From Actinomycetes bacterium (GTDB lineage Bacteria; Actinomycetota; Acidimicrobiia; Acidimicrobiales; Acidimicrobiaceae), in the NCBI GenBank assembly GCA_021784675.1, contig JAJYHR010000160.1:1-58594 (forward strand): a stretch of DNA of 58,594 bases. Reading direction: 5' to 3'. Of the stretch, positions 30,994 to 42,359 are shown piece after piece. The translations under genes and the position numbers were made by a program. A model generated the notes under the pieces. That model was not told where the DNA came from and ran no database searches. It saw nothing but the letters and a program-made list of their open reading frames with translations. Each line of letters starts with the position of its first letter. The first letter of the stretch is position 1.

Positions 30994-33900
30994 TCAGCCC
31001 TCTTCGATAAGATCGCTACCCGGGGTAAAGTCCTCGTCCGAGCTCCAGAAGGAGAGCCGGCGGTGGAACGGCGCCTTCACCTCCACCGAGCGGTACGTGC
31101 TCACGCCGGAACCGGCCGGTATCAGCTTGCCGAGGATGATGTTCTCCTTCAACCCGACCAGCGGATCCGAGCGCCCCTCGATGGCCGCCTCGGTCAACAC
31201 CCTGGTGGTCTCCTGGAAGGAGGCCGCCGACAACCATGAGTCGGTAGCCAGCGACGCCTTGGTGATGCCCATCAGCTCCGGGCGACCCTCGGCTGGGTTG
31301 CGCCCCTCCGCGGCCAGCGCACGGTTGGCGTCGGCGTAGCTGCGGGTGTCGACGCGCTCTCCCGGCAGGAACGACGAGTCTCCCGGCTCGGCCACAAGGA
31401 CGCGCCGGAGCATCTGCCGGACGATCAGCTCGATGTGCTTGTCGTGGATGGACACGCCCTGGTCGCGGTAGACCTTCTGGACCTCGTCCACCAGGTACTG
31501 TTGCGTCTCCCTGATCCCCTTGATCTCCAGGACCTGCTTTGGATCCTTTGGACCCTGGACCAGCGCGTCGCCGGCCTGGACCTCCTGGCCAGCCCCCACC
31601 TCGAGGTGAACCCGGGTCGGCAGCAGGTAGGACTCCTCGGTCCCGTCGTCGTGGACCACGGTAACCTTGCGCCCGTTCTCCTCCTCTTCGATCCGCACCA
31701 CGCCCGAGCCGTGCGCCAGCACCGCCGCGCCCCGAGGCGTGCGCGCCTCGAAAAGCTCGACGACGCGGGGAAGCCCGTGGGTGATATCAGCACCGGCAAT
31801 ACCGCCCTGGTGGAAGGTACGCATGGTGAGCTGCGTTCCCGGCTCGCCAATCGACTGCGCCGCCACCACGCCGACCGCCTCGCCAAGCTCGATCAGGCCC
31901 TGCCCACCGAGCGACTGGCCGTAGCAGCTGGCGCAGACGCCATGCGCGGTCTCGCAGGTGAGCGGGGAGCGCACCCGGATCTGGGATACCGAGGCGTCCG
32001 AGGCGAACCTGCCGACCAGGACGTCGGTGAGGAGCGTCCCGCGCTCGATCACCTCGCCGCCCGAGAGCTTCACCGGATCGGCAAGCACGCGGCCATAGGC
32101 CCGGGTCTCCAGGTAGTGGCGCTGGCCGGCATCGTCATTCTCGAGATCGTCGATCCAGATACCGCGGGCGCTGACGCAATCGACCTCGCGGACGATCAAC
32201 TCCTGCGCCACATCCACCAGCCGCCGGGTCAGGTAACCCGAGTCGGCGGTCCTGAGCGCGATGTCCGCCAGCCCCTTGCGGGCGCCGTGAGTGGACAGGA
32301 AGTACTCCAGAACCTGCAACCCCTCGCGGAAGGAGGACTTGATCGGCCGCGGGATCATCTCCCCTCGCGGGTTGGCGACCAACCCCTTCAGGCCGGAGAT
32401 CTGCCGGATCTGCTGCGGGTTCCCTCGAGCTCCGGAGTCGATCATCATCCCGAGCGGGTTCATCGAATCGGCGCCAAGCATCTCCTCGATCGCCCGCCCG
32501 ATCTCGGCGGTGGCAGAGGTCCAGATCTCGATCTCCTTCTGCTTCCGCTCGTCATCGGTGATGATTCCCCGTTTGAACTGAGACTCGGCCTTGTCGGCCT
32601 CCCGCTCGTAGCGTTCGAGGATCTCCGCCTTCCCCGAAGGGGTCCGGACGTCGTCGATGGAGATGGTGAGGCCCGACTGGGTAGCAAAGCGGAAGCCGAG
32701 ATCCTTGACCGCGTCCAGAGTCACCTGGATGACGTTGCGCGGATAGCGGTTGGCGACCTCCTCCACGATCGCCCCGATCGGCACGTTGCGCTTGCCGACC
32801 ACATCGTTGACGAAGCGGAACCCCTCCGGCATGGCACCGTTGAAGATCACCCGCCCGGCTGTGGTCCTGACCTCCCCGGCGGCGCCTTCATCATTGGACG
32901 GCAGCCGGAGCCTGATCGGCGCGTGCAGCCCCAGCTCTCCGGCATCGTATGCTCGCTGGACCTCGTAGGCGTGGCGAAACACCTTGCCGGCGCCCTTCTC
33001 CTCCTCACGGACGATGGTCAGGTAGTAGAGACCGAAGACCATGTCAAGGGAGGGAACCGTGATCGGCCGCCCCGTTGCCGGCGAGATGATGTTGTTCACC
33101 GAAAGCATGAGCACCCTGGCCTCGGCCTGCGCCTCCGCCGAGAGTGGCAGGTGAACAGCCATCTGGTCGCCATCGAAGTCGGCGTTGAAGGCGGTCGTGA
33201 CCAGCGGGTGAAGCTGGATCGCCTTCCCCTCGACCAGGACCGGCTCGAAGGCCTGGATTCCCAGTCGGTGCAGCGTGGGAGCGCGGTTCAACAGGACCGG
33301 GTGCTCCTTGATCACCTCGTCGAGGACGCCCCATACCTGGGGCCTGCGCCGCTCGACCATGCGCTTGGCCGACTTGATGTTCTGGGCAAACTCCAGCTCC
33401 ACCAGCCTGCGCATGACGAAAGGCTTGAAAAGCTCCAGCGCCATCAGCTTGGGCAGGCCGCACTGGTGGAGCTTGAGGGTCGGGCCACCGACGATCACCG
33501 AGCGGCCGGAGTAGTCGACGCGCTTGCCGAGCAGGTTCTGCCGGAACCGTCCCTGCTTTCCCTTCAGCATGTCGGAGAGGCTCTTCAGCGGCCGGTTCCC
33601 GGGACCGGACACCGGCCGGCCACGCCTTCCGTTGTCGAAGAGGGCGTCCACCGCCTCCTGGAGCATGCGCTTCTCGTTGTTGACGATGATCTCGGGAGCA
33701 CCGAGATCGAGAAGCCGCTTGAGCCGGTTGTTCCGGTTGATGACCCGGCGGTAGAGGTCGTTCAGGTCGCTAGTGGCAAAGCGGCCACCATCGAGCTGGA
33801 CCATCGGCCTGAGGTCCGGCGGGATCACCGGAACCAGCGACAGGATCATCGCCATCGGATCGTTGATCCGGTTGCCGTCGGCGTCGCGCCGGTTGAAGGA

Positions 33901-34839
33901 GGAGATGATCTTGAGCCGGCGGATCGCCTTCTGGCGCCGCTGGGTCGAGAGGGCTCGCCTCGTGTCGGAGGGCTCGATCATCTCGCGCAGCTTCACCTGC
34001 TCCACGTCGAAGTCGATTCGGGAGATGAGATCGGCTATCGCCTCCGCTCCCATCCCTCCTTCGAAGAACTCGCCATAGCGGGCCACGAGCTCCCTCCAGA
34101 GGATCTCGTCCTCGATGATCATCCGCGGGTGGATCTCCCGAAACTCATCGAAGGTCCGGCGGACCAGCTCGATCTGCTGGTTGTAGCGCTCGCGCGCCCC
34201 GGAGATCTCCCGCTCCAGCTGCCGTTGGCGAGCCCGGACGTCGGAGTCCTTCGCCCCCTCCTGCTCCAGCTCGACCAGCTCCGCTTCGAGCCGCTGGAAG
34301 CGGCCCTCGATATCGACGTCCCGCCGACCCTCGATCTCCTTGAGCTCGGAGATCATCTCGACCTCGAGGTTGGGAAGTTCTTCATGGCGGCGGTCCTCGT
34401 CGACGTAGGTCACCAGGTTGGCCGCGAAGTAGATCACCTTCTCCAGCTGCTTGGCCTTCAGCTCCTCCTTGGGGGTGGTCCCCATGAGAAGGTAGGCAAG
34501 CCATGATCGGGTGCCCCGGAGGTACCAGATGTGCACCACCGGCGCCGCCAGCTCGATGTGGCCCATCCGCTCGCGACGCACCTTCGAGCGGGTTACCTCG
34601 ACGCCACAGCGCTCGCAGACGATGCCCTTGAACCGGACACGCTTGTACTTTCCGCAAGCGCATTCCCAGTCACGGGTAGGACCGAAGATCCGCTCGCAAA
34701 AAAGGCCGTCCCTCTCGGGCCGGAGCGTCCGGTAGTTGATCGTCTCCGGCTTCTTCACCTCGCCACGAGACCATCCGCGGATGTCCTCGGAGGTGGCAAG
34801 GCCGATCCGGATCTGATCGAAACGGCTTAAATCAAGCAC
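30994..34839 (-). CDS. rpoC: DNA-directed RNA polymerase subunit beta'
   Basis: 1281-aa ORF with zinc-binding CERCGVEV region and catalytic [12 protein letters not shown]. The GTG start directly abuts the rpoB TAG. Confidence 0.99.
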   Translation of the reverse strand: MLDLSRFDQIRIGLATSEDIRGWSRGEVKKPETINYRTLRPERDGLFCERIFGPTRDWECACGKYKRVRFKGIVCERCGVEVTRSKVRRERMGHIELAAPVVHIWYLRGTRSWLAYLLMGTTPKEELKAKQLEKVIYFAANLVTYVDEDRRHEELPNLEVEMISELKEIEGRRDVDIEGRFQRLEAELVELEQEGAKDSDVRARQRQLEREISGARERYNQQIELVRRTFDEFREIHPRMIIEDEILWRELVARYGEFFEGGMGAEAIADLISRIDFDVEQVKLREMIEPSDTRRALSTQRRQKAIRRLKIISSFNRRDADGNRINDPMAMILSLVPVIPPDLRPMVQLDGGRFATSDLNDLYRRVINRNNRLKRLLDLGAPEIIVNNEKRMLQEAVDALFDNGRRGRPVSGPGNRPLKSLSDMLKGKQGRFRQNLLGKRVDYSGRSVIVGGPTLKLHQCGLPKLMALELFKPFVMRRLVELEFAQNIKSAKRMVERRRPQVWGVLDEVIKEHPVLLNRAPTLHRLGIQAFEPVLVEGKAIQLHPLVTTAFNADFDGDQMAVHLPLSAEAQAEARVLMLSVNNIISPATGRPITVPSLDMVFGLYYLTIVREEEKGAGKVFRHAYEVQRAYDAGELGLHAPIRLRLPSNDEGAAGEVRTTAGRVIFNGAMPEGFRFVNDVVGKRNVPIGAIVEEVANRYPRNVIQVTLDAVKDLGFRFATQSGLTISIDDVRTPSGKAEILERYEREADKAESQFKRGIITDDERKQKEIEIWTSATAEIGRAIEEMLGADSMNPLGMMIDSGARGNPQQIRQISGLKGLVANPRGEMIPRPIKSSFREGLQVLEYFLSTHGARKGLADIALRTADSGYLTRRLVDVAQELIVREVDCVSARGIWIDDLENDDAGQRHYLETRAYGRVLADPVKLSGGEVIERGTLLTDVLVGRFASDASVSQIRVRSPLTCETAHGVCASCYGQSLGGQGLIELGEAVGVVAAQSIGEPGTQLTMRTFHQGGIAGADITHGLPRVVELFEARTPRGAAVLAHGSGVVRIEEEENGRKVTVVHDDGTEESYLLPTRVHLEVGAGQEVQAGDALVQGPKDPKQVLEIKGIRETQQYLVDEVQKVYRDQGVSIHDKHIELIVRQMLRRVLVAEPGDSSFLPGERVDTRSYADANRALAAEGRNPAEGRPELMGITKASLATDSWLSAASFQETTRVLTEAAIEGRSDPLVGLKENIILGKLIPAGSGVSTYRSVEVKAPFHRRLSFWSSDEDFTPGSDLIEEG

Positions 34840-37800
34840 CTAGAAACCTCTCTCCTCGTGTCGCACTTCTTCGTAATCGACGTTGCGCTCAGGCCTGCTC
34901 AGGCTGATGCCGAGCTCCTCGGTTGCCGAGTAGGCATCCTCGTCGAGCTCCCGCAGCTGGACCCGCTCGCCGCCGGGGGAGAGGACGTCCACGTTCAGGC
35001 AGAGCGACTGCATCTCCTTGATGAGCACCTTAAAGCTCTCCGGGATCCCGGCCTCGGGGATGTTCTCCCCCTTCACGATCGACTCGTAGACCCTCACCCG
35101 GCCGGAGACGTCGTCCGACTTGATCGTGAGCAGCTCCTGGAGGGCGTAGGCGGCGCCGTAGGCCTCTAGCGCCCACACCTCCATCTCTCCGAAGCGCTGC
35201 CCGCCGAACTGCGCCTTTCCACCGAGCGGCTGCTGCGTGATCATCGAGTAGGGGCCGGTGGAGCGGGCGTGGATCTTGTCGTCGACCATGTGTGCGAGCT
35301 TGAGCATGTAGACGTAGCCCACCACCACCGGGTTGTCGTAAACCTCTCCGGTCCTGCCGTTGAAGAGCTTCGCCTTGCCGTCCGGCGCCACCAGCCGGCG
35401 ACCGTCATTGCTCTGCGGGTTCAGCACGGTAAGCAGCTCCTTGATGGTCGGGAGATCGCCCGACTTCTCGGTCTCGTCCCAGTGGGCGCCGTCGAAGGAG
35501 GGCGAAGCCACCCATTCGGCCGGCGACGTGACCGGGCGAGTCTTGTTGACCACCGCCGATGCGGATCCCTCTTCGACCTGCCTCCAGCCCCAACGGGCCG
35601 CGTAGCCGAGGTGCGCCTCAAGCACCTGGCCGACGTTCATCCGCGAGGGGACGCCCAACGGGTTGAGGATGATGTCAACCGGGGTGCCGTCCTCGAGGTA
35701 GGGCATGTCCTCCAGCGGAAGGATCTTCGAGATGACACCCTTGTTCCCGTGCCGCCCGGCGAGCTTGTCGCCCTCGGAGATCTTCCGATGCTGCGCCACG
35801 TAGACGCGGACCAGCTCGTTGACGCCCGGGGGCAGCTCGGCGGCGTCGTCGCGCGTGAATACCTTCACCTCGGTGACCTTGCCGTACTCCCCGTGGGGGA
35901 CTCGCAGCGAGGTGTCGCGGACCTCCCGAGACTTCTCGCCGAAGATCGCCCGGAGCAGGCGCTCCTCCGGGGTGAGCTCGGTCTCGCCCTTCGGGGTGAC
36001 CTTCCCGACCAGGATGTCACCGGGGCCAACCTCGGCCCCGATCCGGATGATACCCCGCTCGTCGAGGTCGGCAAGCGCCTCCTCGGACAGGTTGGGGATG
36101 TCACGAGTGATCTCCTCGGCACCGAGCTTGGTGTCCCGGGCGTCGGTCTCGAACTCCTCGATATGGATTGAGGAAAGGACGTCGTCGCGGACCAGGCGCT
36201 CGGAGACGATGATCGCGTCCTCGAAGTTGTAGCCCTCCCAGGGCATGAAAGCGACAAGCAGGTTCTTGCCGAGAGCAAGCTCGCCGTTGTGGGTTGCGGG
36301 ACCGTCGGCGAGGATGTCCGCCGCCTCCACCCGCTCACCGGCAGCGACCCGCGGACGCTGATTCCAGCAGGTGTTCTGGTTCGACCGCTCGAACTTGGTC
36401 AGGCGGTAGGTCCGGCTCCCTAGCGGCCTTCCCGATGCGTCGGCCGCACCCCGATCGTACTCGACCGTGAGCATGTTCCCGTTGACCTCGGTTACCAGGC
36501 CCGGACCCTCCGCCACCAGCACGTCTCCGGCATCGAGCCCGGCGCGGGCCTCCACGCCGGTTCCGACGAAGGGAGCCTCCGGGATCATCAGCGGAACCGC
36601 CTGCTTCTGCATGTTCGCGCCCATCAGAGCGCGGTTGGCATCGTCGTGCTCGACGAAGGGAATCAGCGACGTCGACACCGAGACCACCTGGGAGGTGGAG
36701 ACGTCCATCAGGTCCACCTCCTCCGGCGAGACCACCTCGACCTCAGAGGTGGATCCGTAGGAGACCTCGGTGGCGCCGACTTTGATAACCGCGCCTTGGG
36801 GTCCCCGCCGTACCAGCACCCGGGGCTCGATGAACCGCCCCTCCGGATCCAGACGGGCGTTCGCCTGCGCGATTACGTGGTCCTCCTCCTCGTCGGCCGT
36901 GAGGTAGACGATCTCGTCGGTGACCCGGCCCTCGCGGACCCGCCGGTACGGGGTCTCGATAAAGCCAAACCGGTTGAGCTGGGCATAACTCGCCAGCGCT
37001 CCGATGAGGCCGATGTTCGGCCCCTCCGGCGTCTCGATCGGGCACATCCTTCCGTAGTGAGAGGAGTGGACGTCACGCACCTCGAACCCAGCCCGCTCGC
37101 GGGAGAGGCCACCGGGGCCGAGGGCGGAGAGCCGCCGCTTGTGGGCCAGCCCGGAGAGCGGGTTGTTCTGGTCCATGAACTGCGAGAGCTGGCTGGTGGA
37201 GAAGAACTCCTTCACCGCCGCCACCACCGGCCGGATGTTGATCAGGCTCTGCGGGGTGATCGCCTCGACGTCCTGGGTGGTCATCCGCTCCCGGACCAGC
37301 CGCTCCAGGCGGGAAAGGCCGATCTTAAGTTGGTTTTGAATCAGCTCTCCAACGCTCCTGACCCGCCGGTTGGAGAAGTGGTCCTGATCGTCGAAGCGGT
37401 AACCCCGCTCGCCGGAGGCGAGGTGGAGCATGTAGCTAGCGGTCGCCAGCACATCGGCCTTGGAGAGCACGCCGGGCGACTCCGAATAGGTATCGAGGGG
37501 GTGCCCGAGGATCTGCTCGAGCCTCTCGATCTCCGGCTTCAGTCTCTTGTCGAGCTTGTACCGGCCCACCCTGGTCAGGTCGTAGCGCCGCGACTGGAAG
37601 AAGGCTCCATCCATGTACATCCGGGCGGCGTCGGCGTTCGGCGGCTCGCCCGGACGGACCCGCTTGAACACCTCGATGAGAGCCTCGTCCTCCGTCTGCC
37701 CCTGTGACTCCTTCTCCCACTGCGGGATGAGGAAGTCGAAGTGATCCACCAGCTTGCGAAGGTCCTCAGGATCGCCAAAACCGATAGCGCGCATAAGGGT

Positions 37801-38388
37801 AAAGAGGCTCAGGCGGCGCTTGCGGGCAACCCGCGCGCCGGCCTGGATGTCGCGACCCGGCCGGGCCTCGACATCAAACTCAAGCCACTCGCCCCGGTAG
37901 GGGTTGATGGTGGCAGTGACGATGGTCCGCTGATCGCGCCCCGGCTGGAAGAGCACCCCAGGGGAGCGAACCAGCTGGGATACGACCACTCGCTCGGTCC
38001 CGTTGATCACGAAAGTACCCCGGTCGGTCATGAGCGGGAAGTCCCCCATGAAGACCGTCTGCTCCTTGATCTCGAAGGTGGTCTTGTTGGAGAACTTCGC
38101 CCTGACAAAGATCGGCGCGGAGTAGTTGATGTCCTTTTCCTTGCACTCCTCCACCGAGTACTTCGGCACGGGGGCTAGATCCGGGTCGTTCGGATCGAAC
38201 TCCAGCTCGAGGGAGAGCTGGCCGCCGTAATCCTCAATGGGCGAAATATCCCGAAAGGCCTCGGCCAACCCCTCTTCGAGAAACCACCTGAAGGAATCCC
38301 GCTGCACGGCGATAAGATCTGGAAGCGGCAAGACCTCATTGAGATTTGCGAACGAGAAGCGCTCTGGCGATCGGTGTTTAGAAGTCAA
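34840..38388 (-). CDS. rpoB: DNA-directed RNA polymerase subunit beta
   Basis: 1182-aa ORF. TTG start 38386-38388 with AAGGAG 7 nt upstream. ...[25 protein letters not shown]... is the rifampicin-cluster region. Confidence 0.99.
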   Translation of the reverse strand: MTSKHRSPERFSFANLNEVLPLPDLIAVQRDSFRWFLEEGLAEAFRDISPIEDYGGQLSLELEFDPNDPDLAPVPKYSVEECKEKDINYSAPIFVRAKFSNKTTFEIKEQTVFMGDFPLMTDRGTFVINGTERVVVSQLVRSPGVLFQPGRDQRTIVTATINPYRGEWLEFDVEARPGRDIQAGARVARKRRLSLFTLMRAIGFGDPEDLRKLVDHFDFLIPQWEKESQGQTEDEALIEVFKRVRPGEPPNADAARMYMDGAFFQSRRYDLTRVGRYKLDKRLKPEIERLEQILGHPLDTYSESPGVLSKADVLATASYMLHLASGERGYRFDDQDHFSNRRVRSVGELIQNQLKIGLSRLERLVRERMTTQDVEAITPQSLINIRPVVAAVKEFFSTSQLSQFMDQNNPLSGLAHKRRLSALGPGGLSRERAGFEVRDVHSSHYGRMCPIETPEGPNIGLIGALASYAQLNRFGFIETPYRRVREGRVTDEIVYLTADEEEDHVIAQANARLDPEGRFIEPRVLVRRGPQGAVIKVGATEVSYGSTSEVEVVSPEEVDLMDVSTSQVVSVSTSLIPFVEHDDANRALMGANMQKQAVPLMIPEAPFVGTGVEARAGLDAGDVLVAEGPGLVTEVNGNMLTVEYDRGAADASGRPLGSRTYRLTKFERSNQNTCWNQRPRVAAGERVEAADILADGPATHNGELALGKNLLVAFMPWEGYNFEDAIIVSERLVRDDVLSSIHIEEFETDARDTKLGAEEITRDIPNLSEEALADLDERGIIRIGAEVGPGDILVGKVTPKGETELTPEERLLRAIFGEKSREVRDTSLRVPHGEYGKVTEVKVFTRDDAAELPPGVNELVRVYVAQHRKISEGDKLAGRHGNKGVISKILPLEDMPYLEDGTPVDIILNPLGVPSRMNVGQVLEAHLGYAARWGWRQVEEGSASAVVNKTRPVTSPAEWVASPSFDGAHWDETEKSGDLPTIKELLTVLNPQSNDGRRLVAPDGKAKLFNGRTGEVYDNPVVVGYVYMLKLAHMVDDKIHARSTGPYSMITQQPLGGKAQFGGQRFGEMEVWALEAYGAAYALQELLTIKSDDVSGRVRVYESIVKGENIPEAGIPESFKVLIKEMQSLCLNVDVLSPGGERVQLRELDEDAYSATEELGISLSRPERNVDYEEVRHEERGF

Positions 38389-38425
38389 GATCTATCTCCT
38401 TCACAAGTGCGGATCCGAAAAGCGC

Positions 38426-38466
38426 AAAAAACCCATGCATACACGTGGAATATGCATGAGTTTTTT
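38426..38466 (-). terminator. intrinsic-terminator-like hairpin with A-run and T-run flanks (rplL-rpoB attenuator candidate)
   Basis: AAAAAAcc-CATGCATA-cacgtggaa-TATGCATG-agTTTTTT. On the minus strand the stem is followed by UUUUUU. It lies about 40 nt upstream of the rpoB start. Confidence 0.5.
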
Positions 38467-38530
38467 ATGAAGAGCTCATTTCGGGGCAAAGCACGGCAAG
38501 CAACAGTATAGATACCTTTACGCGGCAATA

Positions 38531-38562
38531 CCACGGCATCGCCCACTATGGCGATGCCGTGG
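38531..38562 (-). terminator. 13-bp perfect hairpin downstream of rplL
   Basis: CCACGGCATCGCC-cactat-GGCGATGCCGTGG, 33 nt after the rplL stop, with only a weak U-tract. Confidence 0.45.
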
Positions 38563-38595
38563 CGCTAGATCAAGTGAATATTATAAGGTCAAAGC

Positions 38596-38979
38596 TTACT
38601 TCAGCTCGACCGTTGCACCGGCACCTTCGAGCTGGGCCTTGGCCTTCTCCGCGTCCTCCTTGGAAACCTTCTCAAGAACCGCCTTCGGCGCCCCGTCGAC
38701 CAGATCCTTGGCCTCCTTGAGGCCGAGGCTGGTAAGCGACCGCACCTCCTTGATGACCTGGATCTTCTTGTCGCCAGCACCGGTGAGGATGACGTCGAAC
38801 TCCGCCTGCTCCTCGACCGCAGCCGCGGCCTCGCCGCCGCCGGCCGCCGGTCCCGCCGCGACCGCCACCGGAGCCGCCGCGGTGACCCCGAACTTCTCCT
38901 CGAACGCCTTCACCAGCTCGCTGAGCTCGAGAACGCTAAGGCCGGCGATCTCGTCAAGAATTCCCTGTATATCCGCCAC
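38596..38979 (-). CDS. rplL: 50S ribosomal protein L7/L12
   Basis: GTG 38977-38979 gives (M)[31 protein letters not shown]...[12 protein letters not shown]... (127 aa). The track start at 39012 adds an implausible [11 protein letters not shown]. Confidence 0.93.
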   Translation of the reverse strand: MADIQGILDEIAGLSVLELSELVKAFEEKFGVTAAAPVAVAAGPAAGGGEAAAAVEEQAEFDVILTGAGDKKIQVIKEVRSLTSLGLKEAKDLVDGAPKAVLEKVSKEDAEKAKAQLEGAGATVELK

Positions 38980-39038
38980 TGTCTTCCTTTCCTTGCCCTC
39001 CGGGCACCACAACGTCGAACGATAAACCAGATCTTTGC

Positions 39039-39566
39039 CTACGCCGCCTCGCGTTGGTCGCGAAGCGCAGCGAGGCCGTAGGCGAGGTTGCGCGGCAGCG
39101 CCTGCAGTACCCCGGCGAAGCTCGCCAGCTGTCCGGCCATAACGCCGGCGAGCTGGGCAAGAAGGACCTCGCGCGAGGGCAGATCAGCAAGGACCGCAAC
39201 ATCCCTGGCACCCAGTATCAACCCCTCGAGAAGCCCACCCTTGATCACCAAGAGCGGGTTCTGCCGGGAGAGATCCCGGAGCCGCTTAGCCGCCGCCGCC
39301 ACGTCTCCCTGGACAAAGGTGAGGGCAGTGGGACCGGTTAGCAGGGGGTCAAGCGCAGACAGCCCGGCTCGCTCGCAGGCGATGTGCACCAGAGTGTTCT
39401 TGAAGATCTTGTGCTCGGACCCCACCTCGCGGAGAGCGCCACGCAAACCCTCGAGCTCGGATACCCGGAGGCCCCGATACTCCGAAAAGAAGACTGCAGT
39501 CGCGCCATTGAACCGCACGACAAGCTCCTCGACAATCGCCACCTTCCCGGGGCGCGGATTATCCAT
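39039..39566 (-). CDS. rplJ: 50S ribosomal protein L10
   Basis: 175-aa ORF with ATG start [42 protein letters not shown]... Confidence 0.96.
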   Translation of the reverse strand: MDNPRPGKVAIVEELVVRFNGATAVFFSEYRGLRVSELEGLRGALREVGSEHKIFKNTLVHIACERAGLSALDPLLTGPTALTFVQGDVAAAAKRLRDLSRQNPLLVIKGGLLEGLILGARDVAVLADLPSREVLLAQLAGVMAGQLASFAGVLQALPRNLAYGLAALRDQREAA

Positions 39567-39691
39567 TTCTAGTTTCCTCTCCTAATCAGCCCTGCCTGAT
39601 CCGGAGAGACCGCCTCATCAGGCGCCTTTACAGGCATTAAGTCCCGCGGGACACCGGACCTCTTCAGCGAATCGAAGCAAATAGCAGATCT
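39567..39691 (-). promoter_or_regulatory. rplJ 5' leader (candidate L10-leader autoregulatory RNA)
   Basis: About 125 nt of structured, less GC-rich sequence between a TAGAAT -10-like hexamer and the rplJ ATG. The call is by position only; I did not fold it or match it to a covariance model. Confidence 0.35.
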
Positions 39692-39697
39692 ATTCTA
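39692..39697 (-). promoter_or_regulatory. -10-like hexamer TAGAAT upstream of rplJ
   Basis: Plus-strand attcta at 39692-39697. There is no convincing -35. Confidence 0.3.
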
Positions 39698-39984
39698 GCG
39701 CAACCCCCGGTTTACCAGGCCGGCACACTCCTCTTGAGTGAGGGAAGGGAAGGCGCTACAACCCAGCTGCCTTGAACCCGGCGCTCTTGCGGCGGTGAAG
39801 GCTGCAGCGCCGGCGCCTTCAGGCTCGCGATGCGATCAGGCGGCAGCCACCACCCACGGTCCCCGGCAGCAACCGGACCTGATCACGAACGCAACACTCA
39901 GAGCGCCTGCGCCCACCGTTGCCGTGGGCGAGAGGAGGAGAGTGCCGCGGCCGAGATCGACCCGGAGGCGGCTCCCCTCTCCGG

Positions 39985-40710
39985 TCAACCGGCGGCTATT
40001 GCCTGCAGATCCTCATCGCCGATGCGAAGCCGGTTGGGATCGACCTTGATCGAGGGCGACATGGTGGCGGAGAGGTGCACGCTCCGGAAGTACCTCCCCT
40101 TGGCGGCCGCAGGCTTGGAGCGCTGGAGCTCGTCGATCACGGCCCGGAAGTTCTCCACCAGCTGCCGAGTCTCGAAGGAGACCTTACCGATAGGGACGTG
40201 CACGTTCCCGACCTTGTCGGTGCGGAACTCCACCCTGCCCGCCTTGAACTCGCGAACCGCGCGTCCCACCTCGGTGGTGACAGTTCCGGTTCGCGGATTG
40301 GGCATGAGGCCGCGAGGCCCGAGGACCCGCCCCAACCGCCCCACCTGGGGCATCAGATCCGGCGTCGCGATGGCAACATCGAAGTCGAGGAATCCCTTGG
40401 TGATCTGCTCGACCAGGTCATCCGCGCCGACCACGTCAGCGCCGGCCTCTCTGGCCTCCGCCGCACCCTCACCGGCGGCAAAGACCGCCACCCGGACCGT
40501 GCGCCCGGTCCCGTTCGGAAGCGCCACCGTGCCCCTGATCACCTGGTCCGCCTTGCGCGGGTCGACGCCGAGCTTCACCGAAAGCTCCACCGTCTCGTCA
40601 AACTTTGCCTGCGCTACGCTCCTAACCAGCGACATCGCCTCGACCGGGTCGCGAAGCAACTCCCGGTCGGAGATTACCGCCAGCTGAGCCTTGTAAGCCT
40701 TTGTTACCAC
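39985..40710 (-). CDS. rplA: 50S ribosomal protein L1
   Basis: 241-aa ORF ...[35 protein letters not shown]... Confidence 0.97.
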   Translation of the reverse strand: MVTKAYKAQLAVISDRELLRDPVEAMSLVRSVAQAKFDETVELSVKLGVDPRKADQVIRGTVALPNGTGRTVRVAVFAAGEGAAEAREAGADVVGADDLVEQITKGFLDFDVAIATPDLMPQVGRLGRVLGPRGLMPNPRTGTVTTEVGRAVREFKAGRVEFRTDKVGNVHVPIGKVSFETRQLVENFRAVIDELQRSKPAAAKGRYFRSVHLSATMSPSIKVDPNRLRIGDEDLQAIAAG

Positions 40711-40727
40711 GAACGATCTCCCAACTA

Positions 40728-41156
40728 CTAGCCCTCGACGGTGATACCCATCGAGTCCGCCGTCCCGATCACCTGCTTGACGGCAGCGTCAAGCTCGTAG
40801 GCGTTCAGGTCTGGCATCTTGGTTCTTGCGATCTCCGCCACCTGCTCCAAGGTGACAGTCCCAACTACGGTGTGCCTGTTGGTGGGGGACCCCTTGCTCA
40901 ACCCGGCAGCCTGCTTGAGCAGCTCCGACGTTGGAGGGGTCTTGAGCACGAAGCTGAAGCTCCTGTCCTCGAAGATGGTCACCTCGACCGGGATCACCTG
41001 CCCCCTCTGGGCTTCGGTAGCGGCGTTGTACTGCTTGACGAACTCCATCGTCTGAATACCGTGAGGGCCAAGTGCGGTTCCCACCGGCGGTGCCGGCGTC
41101 GCAGCCCCAGCAGGGAGGTTGATCTTCACAATCGCGGTTACGCGCTTCTTCGCCAC
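40728..41156 (-). CDS. rplK: 50S ribosomal protein L11
   Basis: 142-aa ORF with GTG start ...[36 protein letters not shown]... Confidence 0.97.
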   Translation of the reverse strand: MAKKRVTAIVKINLPAGAATPAPPVGTALGPHGIQTMEFVKQYNAATEAQRGQVIPVEVTIFEDRSFSFVLKTPPTSELLKQAAGLSKGSPTNRHTVVGTVTLEQVAEIARTKMPDLNAYELDAAVKQVIGTADSMGITVEG

Positions 41157-41176
41157 TGCAACCCACTCCTTCCTTC

Positions 41177-41217
41177 CGGCAGCACCGCTGCCGTGCCGAG
41201 GCTTGGCCCAAGCCTCG
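41177..41217 (-). promoter_or_regulatory. two adjacent hairpins in the rplK 5' region (candidate L1-binding leader or nusG terminator)
   Basis: CGGCAGC-acc-GCTGCCG at 41177-41193, and the palindrome CGAGGCTTGG-c-CCAAGCCTCG at 41197-41217, 20-60 nt upstream of the rplK GTG. Confidence 0.3.
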
Positions 41218-41336
41218 AAAACCTTCTCAAAAACGCGCCGCTCCCGCAGATACCGCTGGCACGGGCCTGAACAGCCTAGTGCGTGAGCAAAGCCTTTACC
41301 TCCCGCCCTTTTGGGGGACGGGACCCCTGAAACCGG

Positions 41337-41954
41337 TTAAACCTTGCTGACCTGAGAGAAGTCAAGCTCAACCGGGGTCTCTCTTCCGAAAATATTGAAA
41401 AGGACCTTCAGCTTCATCTGGTCGGCGTTGATCTCGGCGATCTGGCCGGAGAAGTCGGCCAGCGGGCCCTCCTTAACCTGGACGGTCTCGCCAACCTCAA
41501 AGCCGTGAGCAGGCTTGCGCGTCGAAGAGGTGCGCATCTCGGCCGGCGTCTCGATGGAGAGCATCGCCTCAACCTCGCGCCGCGAGAGCGGAGTCGGCTT
41601 CGACCCAGCCCCGACGAAGGAGGTGATGCCCGGTGTATTGCGGACCGCTGCCCACACCTCATCGTCCATCTCCGCGCGCACCATCACGTACCCGGGAAAG
41701 ACCTTGCGGCGGGTGACCACCCGCCTGCCGTTCTTGATCTCGGCCACGTCCTCCATTGGGATCTCGACCTCGTAGATCCGATCCTCGAGGTTCAGCGACT
41801 TCACGCGAGCAAAGAGGTTGGACTTGACCCGATTCTCGTAACCCGAGTAGCAGTGGACCACGTACCACCCTCCCTCGCGATCGAAGGGAGAGTCGTTCGC
41901 TGCCTCCTCGACCGGCTCTTCGTGTTCCAGCTCATCAACCATATGCTCGCTCAT
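41337..41954 (-). CDS. nusG: transcription termination/antitermination factor NusG
   Basis: 205-aa ORF ...[19 protein letters not shown]... (NGN domain) and a C-terminal KOW ([18 protein letters not shown]). Confidence 0.96.
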   Translation of the reverse strand: MSEHMVDELEHEEPVEEAANDSPFDREGGWYVVHCYSGYENRVKSNLFARVKSLNLEDRIYEVEIPMEDVAEIKNGRRVVTRRKVFPGYVMVRAEMDDEVWAAVRNTPGITSFVGAGSKPTPLSRREVEAMLSIETPAEMRTSSTRKPAHGFEVGETVQVKEGPLADFSGQIAEINADQMKLKVLFNIFGRETPVELDFSQVSKV

Positions 41955-41976
41955 ACCCCTACTAAACCACTCTCAA

Positions 41977-42261
41977 CTACCCATACAGGAGGGACACGCC
42001 CCTGGAAAACAGCACATTCAATAGGAAAATAAGCCCCACGACCAATACCAGCGTGACGAACACAACGGTCGCGAAGCTCTTGAGCTGAGCCCGCGTTGGC
42101 CAGTCGACCGCCTTGAGCTCCGAACGGACGCTTGCAAAGTACCCGCGAATCCTGCCCTTCTCGCCACGCTTGCGAGGAGATCGCATCCTCCTCGCCATCT
42201 CCTGGCGATCCTTGGCGGGTTGTGACTGCCGCTGCATGAGGCGCTTAGTCTCGCGATTCAC
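41977..42261 (-). CDS. secE: preprotein translocase subunit SecE
   Basis: 94-aa ORF with GTG start. Basic N-terminus, then ...YFASVRSELKAVDWPTRAQL... and a single C-terminal TM helix. Confidence 0.9.
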   Translation of the reverse strand: MNRETKRLMQRQSQPAKDRQEMARRMRSPRKRGEKGRIRGYFASVRSELKAVDWPTRAQLKSFATVVFVTLVLVVGLIFLLNVLFSRGVSLLYG

Positions 42262-42359
42262 ACCAACCTCTGTTCTCTACTACCAACAACCCTCGAACCA
42301 CCGTCCATTTGAAAGCGCGCCAAAAGTCAAACCCAAGGTTCCGGGGGTTTGCAGCCCTA

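Noticed and set aside
31435-34506. A 1023-aa ORF on the plus strand, antisense to rpoC
   Set aside because: It lies in the codon-aligned mirror frame of rpoC: plus codon position 1 pairs with rpoC codon position 3. Stops in that frame require sense TTA, CTA or TCA codons, which GC3-rich genes avoid. The product is R/G/P/D/L/H-rich low-complexity sequence with no motif, and there is no Shine-Dalgarno at the start. This is a typical shadow ORF of high-GC DNA.
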